From NCBI RefSeq assembly GCF_001194135.2, contig NC_068982.1, positions 189,959,106 to 190,000,473 of the forward strand: DNA of 41,368 bases, written 5' to 3'. This document shows, piece by piece, positions 11,414 to 22,589 of the stretch. This stretch comes from Octopus bimaculoides (taxonomy: Eukaryota). The stretch's first letter is position 1. Each line of letters starts with the position of its first letter. Made by a program: the position numbers and the translations under genes. The notes under the pieces are model-generated. The model was not told the DNA's origin and did no database searches. It saw only the letters and a list, made by a program, of their open reading frames with translations.

Positions 11414-12319
11414 CAAGGTGGTATCAAAGTGTTCCCAGACTAGTTACGTTGAATAAAAGAGATAAGTTATTTAACTAAGTTTTAACATCCTCTCCTTCGA
11501 AATAGTCGCATTGCGCAACAATACATCGGTCTCGGCGTTTTTGCCACTTTCGGAATCCAGCCTGGAAGTCGTTCTCCGTAAGCGAGTCGAGGACTTCTGC
11601 GATTCGTTCTGGATCTCGACAACGGTGTTAAAACGGTGACCTTTGAGCTGCATTTTCATTTTGGGGCAGAGATGGAAGTCTGTAGGTGCTACATCTGGGG
11701 AATAGGGCGGGTGCAGGAGTGATATGTGGTCTTTGGCGAGAAACTCACAAGTGAGGCAAGTTCGGTGCCAGGGTACATCGTCGTCGTGAAGAACCCAGGC
11801 GATAGGATTGCTTGCAGGGACCCATACGACAGACCAATAACATCAGCAATGTCATTGGTTGTTCTCCGACGGTCCTCATGTACAAACTGATGAATTTTTT
11901 CTACATTTCCGGGGGTGACGTTCGTGACAGGTCTTCCAGATCTCTCATCGTCTTCCAGGGACGTTCTTCCGCTTTTGAAGCGCCCGTGCCATTCCAAACC
12001 TGGCGTACGACCCATTGCCGCGTCGCCTTAAGCTTGCCGAAGCATACTCAATGTCTCTGTAGCAGACTTCCCAAGTTTAACGCAAAATTCCACGTTGGGG
12101 TCTTTGTTTCAACTTCCTGTCTATGACAAAAATCGCAGACTACAGCATACATGTGATCGCAAAAACACAAATTTCACAACTTGCGAAGTAAACACAGCAA
12201 TGTCACTCGGCACACTGCCCCATGAAGGTCATTGCTAGCTCTCACTGCACATGCAACCGTGTGCTGTCATCTGTTGGCGCGCTACAGAACTAGTCCGGGG
12301 ACGTTTTGATACCACCTCA
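11414..12319 (-). mobile_element. Internally deleted mariner element with both TIRs
   Basis: TIRs CAAGGTGGTATCAAAGTGTTCCCAGACTAGT / ACTAGTCCGGGGACGTTTTGATACCACCTC; TA at 11412-11413; translation FCVKLGKSATETLSML, GRTSLEDDERSGRP, then WVLHDDDVPWH, HPPYSPDVAPTDFHL, LKGHRF. Confidence 0.92.
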
Positions 12320-12419
12320 TGTATGTAAATATGTGTGCGTGATATGTAAATATGTATGTAAAGATATGTGTGTGGGGGGGGGGGCCTATCTACCTACCTA
12401 TCTCCCAAACTCCGTATGC

Positions 12420-13020
12420 AATAGAAATCCAACTGTATCACCAAGAGAAGACCATATGTTACATTCAAAGACAACAACGAGAACTTTAAAAATGGAGGCC
12501 AGATTAGCAAGAAATTAAGGAATAAAATCCTCTGTAAATTGGAATACGTCGAAAGACACCAGCGATGTAACAGACTGATGTAAGCAAATCGGAAGAGAAG
12601 CTGGAGAAAATGAATCCAGTTCGTTGACAGATTTTTTCTTTCATTACCCAAATCTTCCTTATAGCAATAGTTTACATCTAAGCACACGACTCATTCATTA
12701 GAGGTACTCGAATTAATTACTGATGAATAACGCTTACTTTTAACAACAACGAATGTTGGGTGAGAGAAATTAGAGCGACGCATCAATGGGGGAATTAATA
12801 CTGGACCAAGGTGTCGCGATCGTATGTCTATTGCTCTGAAGAGAGGTATGGGTAACAACATTAGTGTGGGTCTGTATAGAGACGAGGGCCGAATAGTTTT
12901 CATGAATTAGTGACCGCACAACAGAAACAGCCAGAAAATCATTTACGCTCCCTTCCAGATGCTTAATCTTAAAGAAACCGTACAAACCAACCTCATGCCA
13001 GAAAACTTCCTGGATACATA
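12420..13020 (+). mobile_element. Decayed Penelope-like element reverse transcriptase (Nematis-like) remnant
   Basis: KDNNENFKN, DTSDVTD*CKQI, IQF, LLF.NNECWVR, DASMG, SVGLYRDEG, TNLMPENFLDT correspond to KDHK.NF, WKNT.DVI.WF, SLLF...WVK, GLYRDDG, NLK.VNFLD. Confidence 0.75.
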
Positions 13021-13184
13021 TGACCGACCTCTTTCAGTTTCCGTCTACCAAATCCACTTACAAGGCTTTGGTCGGGTCGACTCGAGGCTATAGTAAAAGA
13101 CACTTACCCAAGTGCCACGCAGTTGGACTGAGCCCCGAACCACGTGGTTGGGAAACAAACTTCTTACCAAATAGCAATGCTTGC
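13021..13184 (-). mobile_element. tRNA-SINE family A, 5' half
   Basis: CTTTCAGTTTCCGTCTACCAAATCCACTTACAAGGCTTTGGTCGG block shared by about ten copies; truncates the PLE remnant. Confidence 0.85.
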
Positions 13185-13334
13185 ACACACACACACGTTT
13201 TTTTTTTTTCAATTAAAACAATTGGAAAGGAACTTCATACAGCAAACTCCAAAGTTTCGCCAGCAACGGCTCATCAGACATCTCCCTTTCTATCTCTCTA
13301 TCTCTCTCACACACACATTCACTCTCTCTCTCTC

Positions 13335-13390
<56 letters not shown>

Positions 13391-13711
13391 GTTACTTTCT
13401 GTTCTTAATACGTTCTGGCAGATTCAAAGGTAAACATCTGATCACCGTTGTTTATCTTCACCGGAGAACACCTCTCCCTCAATTTAGATGTGCGCTTATA
13501 ATACACCCGATTCACTGGTATAAGAAGACTTTGAGACACGGTAATGATTCGACCTTATGTGTCTCCTCGTTCAAAGCTATCCCTGCCACCGAGACGGTTG
13601 AGTTTCACAAGAGCTTGCGTTCTTATTCATATAAATCAACAAATATGCTGATGTGTACTGTCTGCCAAACAGGAAAATAATTCAAAGGAGGCACGCATGA
13701 ATTATTATGTT

Positions 13712-13925
13712 GGCGTGCTGACAGAATCGATACCAAGTCAAGCAAAATGCTCGGCGGTATTTCTTCCGGCTCTTTACGTCCTGCGCTCAAATACCGTCGC
13801 GATCAGTTCTGCCTTTCATCTTTTTGGGGACAGATAAAATAAGTACCAGTGATAAACTGGGGTCAATGTATTCAACTTAGACCTTCCCTGATATTGCTAG
13901 CTTTGTGCCACAACTTGAAACCATC

Positions 13926-13926
<1 letters not shown>
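13712..13926 (+). mobile_element. tRNA-SINE family C, diverged
   Basis: GGCGTGCTGACAGAATCG head, GCCTTTCATC..GATAAAATAAGTACCAGT, tail TTTGTGCCACAACTTGAAACC. Confidence 0.8.
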
Positions 13927-13983
<57 letters not shown>

Positions 13984-14323
13984 ATATGTGTGTGTGTGTA
14001 TATATATATGTGTATATATATGTGTGTGTGTGTGTGTGTATATATGTGTGTGTGTGTGTATATATATATGTATGTGTGTGTGTATATNNNNNNNNNNNNN
14101 NNNNNNNNNNNNNNNNNNNNNNNNNNNNNNNNNNNNNNNNNNNNNNNNNNNNNNNNNNNNNNNNNNNNNNNNNNNNNNNNNNNNNNNNNNNNNNNNNNNN
14201 NNNNNNNNNNNNNNNNNNNNNNNNNNNNNNNNNNNNNNNNNNNNNNNNNNNNNNNNNNNNNNNNNNNNNNNNNNNNNNNNNNNNNNNNNNNNNNNNNNNN
14301 NNNNNNNNNNNNNNNNNNNNNNN

Positions 14324-14656
14324 GTCATAGGATCGCAGTTTCGATTCCCAGACCGGGCGTTGTGTGTGTTTATTGAGCGAAAACACCTAAAGCACCACGA
14401 GGCTCCGGCAGGGGATGGTGGTGAACCCTGCTGTACTCTTCCACCACAACTTTCTCTCACTCTTACTTCCTGTTTCTGTTGTGCCTGTATTTTCAAAGGG
14501 CCAGCCTTGTCACGCTGAATATCCCCGAGAACTACGTTAAGGGTACACGTGTCTGTGGAGTGCTCAGCCACTTGCACGTTAATTTCACGAGCAGGCTGTT
14601 CCGTTGATTGGATCAACTGGAACCCTGGACGTCGTAAGCGACGGAGTGCCAACAAC
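14324..14656 (+). mobile_element. tRNA-SINE family B (5' end lost in gap), tail type Z
   Basis: Colinear with 29262-29640; ends GACGGAGTGCCAACAAC. Confidence 0.9.
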
Positions 14657-15064
14657 GATATGTGTATGTATGTATATATGTGTATAATGTGTGTATGTAT
14701 GTATGTGTGTATGTATGTATGTGTGTGTGTATATATATATGTGTGCGTGTATGTATATATTTGTATATATCGTCTGTACGGCTTAGGGTTGATTGGGTTC
14801 CCCTTCCTGGAAAACAAAAATTCCAGTTTCCAATGGAAATATTGATGGTGGGGAAGCTTCCCGATGTCAGGTCTCCCTTAAACTTAAAAAACAAAACATA
14901 TTTTGTGTGGTGTAATCTATGACACAGAAAGATGTGGAAACGATAACAGTTTGAACGTGTTTTATGAAACGTTTTCTCGTGTAGGAATGACCCAGGGTTA
15001 AAACAATATCTAGAAGAATCTCCTGGAGTGGAATATGAGAGGCATATGAAAGAAAAGTGAAGAC

Positions 15065-15175
15065 CGCGAACTGGCAGCACAATTAGCGCGTCGGTCAAAA
15101 TGCTTAGCGACGTTTCTTCCGGTTCTTTGTGTTGAATGTTCAAATCCCACCATTGCCGACTTTACTTTTCCTGAA
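15065..15175 (+). mobile_element. tRNA-SINE family C, 5' fragment
   Basis: GCGAACTGGCAGCACAATTAGCGCG..AAATGCTTAGCG..TGTTCAAATCCC. Confidence 0.65.
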
Positions 15176-15203
15176 GTCACGACCTCATCCTCGAATTGTT
15201 GAC

Positions 15204-15585
15204 TTTACTCTTTTACTTGTTTCAATCACTTTGACTGCGGCCATGCTGGAGCACTGCCTTTTAGTCGAACAAATCCACCACAGGACTTATTCATTTTTAA
15301 GCTTGGTACTATCGGCCTCTTTTGCCGAACCGCTGTTACGGGGACGTAAACACACCAACATCAGTTGTCAAGAGATGGTGGAGCGGGGACAAACACATAC
15401 ATACATATATACATACATACATATATTTGTTTCCGATGACGGAATATCCCAGAAAAAGCTTTAAGACTTTGAATTTTTTTCCTTTAATAATAATAATAAT
15501 AATAATAATAATATATATATGACTTGAGATGTTTGCCTCAACATTTGTTGTCCTCTTTAACAATTATCTATCTATCTATCTATCT

Positions 15586-15626
<41 letters not shown>

Positions 15627-15732
15627 ACTCACAAGGCTTTGGTTGGCCCGTGGGTATAGTGGAAGACACTTGCCCAATGTGTTATGCAGTAGGACTGAAC
15701 TCGGAGACATGTGATTGGGAAGCAAGCTTCTT
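15204..15732 (-). mobile_element. tRNA-SINE family A, interrupted by ~200 bp at about 15425-15625
   Basis: 3' half at 15204-15420 and 5' half at 15626-15732, both matching 19456-19845. Confidence 0.8.
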
Positions 15733-16318
15733 GAGCCTGTGCCAAAATTTACGAAGAATATTAAAGAAAAGTAAGGGATTTCTAAAACCTATCCAATAGC
15801 ATATGTATTATTGAAATAAGAGAACGCATTTGAGGAGGAATTAGGCTGAACGAAGGTCGTATTTATCAAAGAGATGGTAAACACCGACGAGGTAAGTGGT
15901 GGGTGACGAAATGAGATTTACACCATCGCTAAATATGCAGTTCTTCGAGGAGACCCTCCGCCACACGCACTCCGTTCCACCCACCACCACTGCTACTAAC
16001 TTAAGCCACCCCCACGCCCCCGCCGTGTGTCTTGCTCTGGTGCCGTACCTTATCCCATTGTGCCCCGGTGTCGGATGACAACAAATCAACTGCTCTAATT
16101 TCCAAGATTAATAAACCTTCTCTCCTTCACCTCTTCCTCATCGTACCAACCGACACCCAGTCCTACAACAACAACAACAGCACCATCACAATGTACCATC
16201 GTTATAGTCATCATCATCATCATCGCTGTCGTCATCTTCCTGTTATCTTTCTCAATATGACAGGTGACCATAGCAACGTTGATAATATCTTACTATAACT
16301 ATTACAAAAACAAACATT

Positions 16319-16353
<35 letters not shown>

Positions 16354-16740
16354 GTTGTCATTGTAGGAGTGGTTAGTATTAGATGTAATATCATCAATAT
16401 ATCTATCAATATATCTACTACTCATATCGTTTGTAGAGTTTGATAAAGGTTCTTTTTATGGTCAACAGGAATTCTGTTCCTGCCCAGTTTCGATCCATCA
16501 ATCCCTGACTTCAATCCCTGATCCATCAATCCAAAATCCCTGACTTCACTGCACACGACACCGGATTGCAATAAAAACCACAATTAAGATGTACATTGGT
16601 GAATATAAGTACATGCGTATGTATATACGCACAGATATACATATGAGGGTGAATTTGATAGCCATCGCTTGAGATCACCCCTCGTCGTACGGCAATGAGT
16701 TCCTATTTCATTGGAACCTACATTATATTTTCATCTTTCA

Positions 16741-17045
16741 CTTGGGGCACCGCCTTAAAGAATTTTTAGTCGAATGAATTAACCCCACTTTTTTTTTTCG
16801 CTTGGTACTAATTCTGTCGGTCTCTTTTACCGAACCGCTACATTACAAGGAAGTAAACACACCAACACCAGTTGTCAAGCGATGGGTGAACACACACACA
16901 CACACACACTTGAACAACAGGCTTCTTTCAGTTTCCATCTATCAAATCCACTCACAAAGCTTTGGTTGGCCCGAGGCTTTTGTAGGAGACACTTGCCCAA
17001 GGTGCCACACATTGGGACTGAACCCAGAACCATGCGACTAGGAGT
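16741..17045 (-). mobile_element. tRNA-SINE family A
   Basis: Colinear with 19456-19845. Confidence 0.85.
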
Positions 17046-17565
17046 TAATTTTTGGTCTGTCTATCTATTTGTCTCCCTATGTGTCTGTCTGTCTGTCTCT
17101 CTCTTCCCCCCTCTCTCTCTCTCGCTAGCTGTCAACCTACCTCTCTACCTACACGCATATTCACATCCACAAACACGTTTAATATATTCTCCCTTACGCA
17201 CTCAGACAGTCGTGACCCTCACTCTCACCAGCGGAGTTTCCTGTTCTGTGTCACACACCTTTTAATCAGTATTTAAAATATANNNNNNNNNNNNNNNNNN
17301 NNNNNNNNNNNNNNNNNNNNNNNNNNNNNNNNNNNNNNNNNNNNNNNNNNNNNNNNNNNNNNNNNNNNNNNNNNNNNNNNNNNNNNNNNNNNNNNNNNNN
17401 NNNNNNNNNNNNNNNNNNNNNNNNNNNNNNNNNNNNNNNNNNNNNNNNNNNNNNNNNNNNNNNNNNNNNNNNNNNNNNNNNNNNNNNNNNNNNNNNNNNN
17501 NNNNNNNNNNNNNNNNNNNNNNNNNNNNNNNNNNNNNNNNNNNNNNNNNNNNNNNNNNNNNNNNN

Positions 17566-17635
<70 letters not shown>

Positions 17636-17930
17636 CGTCGCATAGACCCCACTTTCTTTTGTGTCAGGTTTCAGAGTAATTTATAAAGACCTTCAAGGAT
17701 ATAATTAGCATAAATTAATACTCCTTCGGGTTAATTTGCTACGCGCACACTAGCGCGCGTATATATCAATAGTTGTATATATATATATGTATTTTATTTA
17801 TAAATATTTATCTTTCTATACATATTTATGTGTGTGTGCATATTACCCTCATCTATCTGTCAGTCTACTTGTCTATCTGTCTACTTGTCTGTCTGTCTAT
17901 CTATATGAGAGAGAGATGTATGTATGTATA

Positions 17931-18080
17931 AGACGATGGGTTGACTGGCCGTTACTTCGAAGTCACTGTCAATACTATTCCTGTTTAAGAATAATAAATT
18001 TGTACTCTACAAAAGTATAGAATAACTTATCAGATTAAATGTAAAATTGTTTTTATTATAACTGAAGATAAAGACACACA
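17931..18080 (+). mobile_element. PLE pLTR-like repeat, copy 1, with 5'-truncated hammerhead (family 3)
   Basis: Aligns with 38041-38190 over ~150 bp; contains GACGAT..GGCC-G..A-CTTCGAAG-TC-ACTGT. Confidence 0.6.
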
Positions 18081-18768
18081 CGTCTGTAACGGCTCTGCTG
18101 TCTAATAAGAAACGATTGGTCTCTCTCTCTCTTTCTCTCTCTCCTTTCTCTCTCTCTCTCTCTCTCTCTCCATGCGTTATCAAAATTATGGGCACCACAC
18201 CACGGATCCCTCATCTTCTGATCCCATAAATTCTCTATTTGCCTTAATTATATCATCATCATCGTCATCATTATCTTTTAGTCATCCATCGTGTGATCAG
18301 TGTGAGGGCTTTTTGAAAAATATTTCCCAGATTTGTTTACATTTTCTTAATTTTATCAAATCTCGTTCAACTTTTCTCTTTTCGCATATATTATTGTTTT
18401 TGTTTTTCCGTTTTGTGTTGGTTATTTATTTATTGTTGTTGTTATTGTTTACTTCCCTGGTTTAAATTTCCGGGATAGTTTTAAAGTGGAGGTACGGGGT
18501 TCTGTTTCGAGTTTTGGAAATGTATTATTTACTCCTTAACCAACCAAGCGGTTAGGATTTAGTATTGAAGGGAGAGAAAGAGAGGCGAGGAAGAGGGGAC
18601 AGAAGAAAAGAGTCAGGCAGAGGGGAATAGTGAGAGAGAGAGTTAGATATGTACACGGAAAAAAGGGAGGGAGGGAGAGTATTCTATTTTAAAGTTTTTC
18701 AACAAATGACAACAAATGACCCATTTAAATTTATTGTTGAAAAATTTATACTATATGAGTGGTGTTAT

Positions 18769-18829
<61 letters not shown>

Positions 18830-19214
18830 TACACACTCTGTTATTATCGTTAGACACACGCACTATTCCCATTACACACACAGACACACGAACTCTAATG
18901 TGTTTTGCTGTTGTAGTTGTTTGTATTTTAAAAAACAAACACCATTTTTCAAATGTAACGAGGAAACTTGCCGACATCGTGGGACGGTTGGGAATTTCGG
19001 TAGGACGAGAACCCCTATTGACATATTGGGGTGGCATCACTGCACATGCGATAAATCACTACACAACTCTGTAAAGAGTGTGTTTGCTAATGGCGCATAT
19101 ATTTGTGTGTAAGCGCGAAGGATGAGGGTTTCTTGTCGGATGTAATGCATTCACCACTAACATGTTTTAATTCTCTGGAAGGCAATCACATACTACTTCA
19201 AAACCTCGCTATTG

Positions 19215-19257
<43 letters not shown>

Positions 19258-19260
19258 TAT

Positions 19261-19385
19261 AGTCCCCTCCCCCAAAATGGCTGCCCTTGTAGCAAAATTT
19301 GGAACTATTATTATTATTATTATTATTATTAAAAGCGGCGAGCTGACAGAACGGTCAGCACGCCGGGTAAAATACATAACGACAC
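19261..19385 (+). mobile_element. Family C tail fragment (19261-19306) and head fragment (19333-19385) separated by (ATT)n
   Basis: CCCCTCCCCCAAAATGGCTGCCCTTGTAGCAAAATTTGGAAC resembles the tails at 7790-7820 and 13890-13926; GCGGCGAGCTGACAGAACGGTCAGCACGCCGGG is the family C head. Confidence 0.65.
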
Positions 19386-19455
19386 ATTGGATAATGTAGT
19401 CTTAGATATTCCATACCTAAAATCGTAACCCATGATCAAACGCTTTCTAGGCATA

Positions 19456-19845
19456 ACTCTTTACTCTTTTACTTGTTTCAGTCATTTGACTGTGGTCATG
19501 CTGGAGCACCGCCTTTAGTCGAGCAAGGACTTACCCTTTGTAAGCCTAGTATACTTATTCTGTCGGTCTCTTTTGCAGAACCGCTAAGTTACGAGGACGT
19601 AAACACACCAGCATCGGTTGTCAAGCCATGTTGGGAGGACAAACATATACACACACATACATATGTATATATACATATATACGACAGGCTTCTTTCAGTT
19701 TCCGTCTACCAAATCCACTTACAAGGCTTTGGTCGGCCCGAGGCTATAGTAGAAGACATTTGCCCAAGGTGCAACGCAGTGGGACTGAACCCGGAACCAT
19801 GTGGTTGGTAAGCAAGCTACTTACCACACAGCCACTCCTGCGCCT
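19456..19845 (-). mobile_element. tRNA-SINE family A, full length
   Basis: Minus strand GCAGGAGTGGCTGTGTGGTAAG (A box), GGTTCAGTCCC (B box), internal (TA/TG) run, tail GTAAAAGAGTAAAGAG. Confidence 0.92.
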
Positions 19846-21524
19846 ATAAGTCTAATTTTTTTAGTTTTTAATTTCAAATATCCCTCAAATTACACGGTCA
19901 TCTTGAAAGAATACAGTCCTCGATGTGACTTTCATAATGTAAGATGCTGNNNNNNNNNNNNNNNNNNNNNNNNNNNNNNNNNNNNNNNNNNNNNNNNNNN
20001 NNNNNNNNNNNNNNNNNNNNNNNNNNNNNNNNNNNNNNNNNNNNNNNNNNNNNNNNNNNNNNNNNNNNNNNNNNNNNNNNNNNNNNNNNNNNNNNNNNNN
20101 NNNNNNNNNNNNNNNNNNNNNNNNNNNNNNNNNNNNNNNNNNNNNNNNNNNNNNNNNNNNNNNNNNNNNNNNNNNNNNNNNNNNNNNNNNNNNNNNNNNN
20201 NNNNNNNNNNNNNNNNNNNNNNNNNNNNNNNNNNNNNNNNNNNNNNNNNNNNNNNNNNNNNNNNNNNNNNNNNNNNNNNNNNNNNNNNNNNNNNNNNNNN
20301 NNNNNNNNNNNNNNNNNNNNNNNNNNNNNNNNNNNNNNNNNNNNNNNNNNNNNNNNNNNNNNNNNNNNNNNNNNNNNNNNNNNNNNNNNNNNNNNNNNNN
20401 NNNNNNNNNNNNNNNNNNNNNNNNNNNNNNNNNNNNNNNNNNNNNNNNNNNNNNNNNNNNNNNNNNNNNNNNNNNNNNNNNNNNNNNNNNNNNNNNNNNN
20501 NNNNNNNNNNNNNNNNNNNNNNNNNNNNNNNNNNNNNNNNNNNNNNNNNNNNNNNNNNNNNNNNNNNNNNNNNNNNNNNNNNNNNNNNNNNNNNNNNNNN
20601 NNNNNNNNNNNNNNNNNNNNNNNNNNNNNNNNNNNNNNNNNNNNNNNNNNNNNNNNNNNNNNNNNNNNNNNNNNNNNNNGTGTGTGTGTGTGTGTGTGTG
20701 TGTGAGTCATTGCCTGTACCCATGCCACTGCTTGGTAGAGGGTGTACTGTTTAAGACTACAGCATCGCCGTAGGGTAATGCCTGAATCCTATAAGATATA
20801 TAAGAGCCAAAAAGTTGCGTGGGAAGACAATGGAACACACGACAAACAAGAAAAGTCACAAATGATGTAGACTTGCTCAACCCTCACCGGTGATCGGCCG
20901 AAATTCATCACAATTTCGTGCCATTATCGATAATATTGTTGATTTTGGAGGCGTCAACTGTGAAATGTTGCTGGAATAAGTGAGCGGACATAAGGGAGAG
21001 AATGAAACCAGTAGAAAACGAGTCGGCAAGGATGTTTACAATGCATAAAGAAATAATGCGCGCACACACTCACATAAATGTGAAACTCCCAGAATGAAAT
21101 CCTAAACGCTTAATAGACTTTCCTCCTCTTCCTATTACTCAATATGTTTTCCTCTTCGTCTTTCCTCCACTGTTCAAAATAAAGAGAATAGAAAATATCG
21201 ATCCTACTCGTGTATAATGTTAATTTTAAAATTAAAATTATTATACCAAACCTCTGAGGTTTTCATAGTACTGCCTAAATTTATCTCTTCACTCATTTTT
21301 TTCCACTGTTAAGAGAGTAAGAAAAAAATTGTATATAGTTCCTAAATGTTATAAATAAACATAGACCAATAAGTTTCATGATCCCAAGTTACGTTGTATT
21401 GACAAGTTCTAATAAGAACGAAATAACGCCATCTACAGCTATTAGGACACCCAATTAAGAAAAAGGTGAATTGTATGGAAATATTATTTTATATGCTCTC
21501 TCACTCATAAGAAAATGACCTTGC

Positions 21525-21565
<41 letters not shown>

Positions 21566-22400
21566 GCAAAAGAGAAAATTATAAGCCCTGAGCGGTTCTC
21601 TCCTCTTAAGAGAAAATTCTCCCTCCCTTCTATTTCTTAGCAAACTCTCTTTCTCTCCGTCCCTTACTCCGAAAGCAACCGTAGGTGGCAGCACCAACAG
21701 TCGCCAGTCAAAGTTCACACATGAGAGAGAGAGAGCATATGCAATTGTTTCTTTCATATGATACAGGTATCTCCACGTTATGGATGACTCGTGTTACGAA
21801 ATGTAAGTTACATCGGCATTATCATGGATACATTGCTTTTTTCTATAACGTAAGTTGGAGTATCTGCACAGCACACACAAACACATTACTTCATTAGTGG
21901 ATTATCGGTGGAAGATTACAATAACGATTCCTTTAGATCAGAATCTAACTTTATCACTTGGGACGTCCTTTCGAAAATACATGTACGCAAGACAGAAGAC
22001 TGGGAGAAAGAAGAGGAAAGGGGAGAGAAGAAAGTGAAGGATCGGGAATGCAGCGGGTGGAGAGAATATTGCAGTGTAATGACCTTCCATCGATCGAGCA
22101 GCCACTATCATTTCATCCGTGACAATCACGTCTTTTTTTTACCACCAGATTGTTTTCAGGATTAATAGATTTAGTTTTTACTATAGTAGAATCGTTGCTT
22201 CGCCCTGGATCACCTTTGATCAAGCACGTGATCAGACACTCCAGTTATGGCCATCGTTTCTTTTCAGGATTATACAGGGCTGCATTATCTAATATGCCCT
22301 ATTCTAAACGAAAGGTGTGATTTAAGAGAGATTTGTACTTATGGTTATTTTCTTTTTCTTTTGTTATGATAGGTTTCAATGAAAGTAAATATAAGTTATG

Positions 22401-22520
22401 ACATGGTTAGCTATGACATGGCGAGCTATGGACATGGCGAGCTATGGACATGGCGAGCTATGGACATGGCGAGCTATGGACATGGCGAGCGTTGCCACTG
22501 CAAGCGTTGCCACCGCAAGT
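22401..22520. repeat. Tandem array: 15/16-bp unit GACATGGCGAGCTATG x~6, then 15-bp unit GTTGCCACYGCAAGY x2
   Basis: Units read directly at 22401, 22416, 22431, 22447, 22463, 22479 (partial), then 22491 and 22506. Confidence 0.95.
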
Positions 22521-22589
22521 TATGCATAAAACTAATTATAAATATTAAAATAATTTTAATGTAGCATTTATTACAACAAAACCATTTAT

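Noticed and set aside
19272-19285. YY1 site AAAATGGCTG
   Set aside because: It lies within a family C SINE tail fragment.
22190-22340. Fragment resembling another octopus interspersed repeat
   Set aside because: Single copy in the window with no diagnostic ends; the resemblance rests on memory only.
22401-22490. CRISPR-like array
   Set aside because: Units are directly adjacent with no spacers, there are no cas genes, and the context is eukaryotic.
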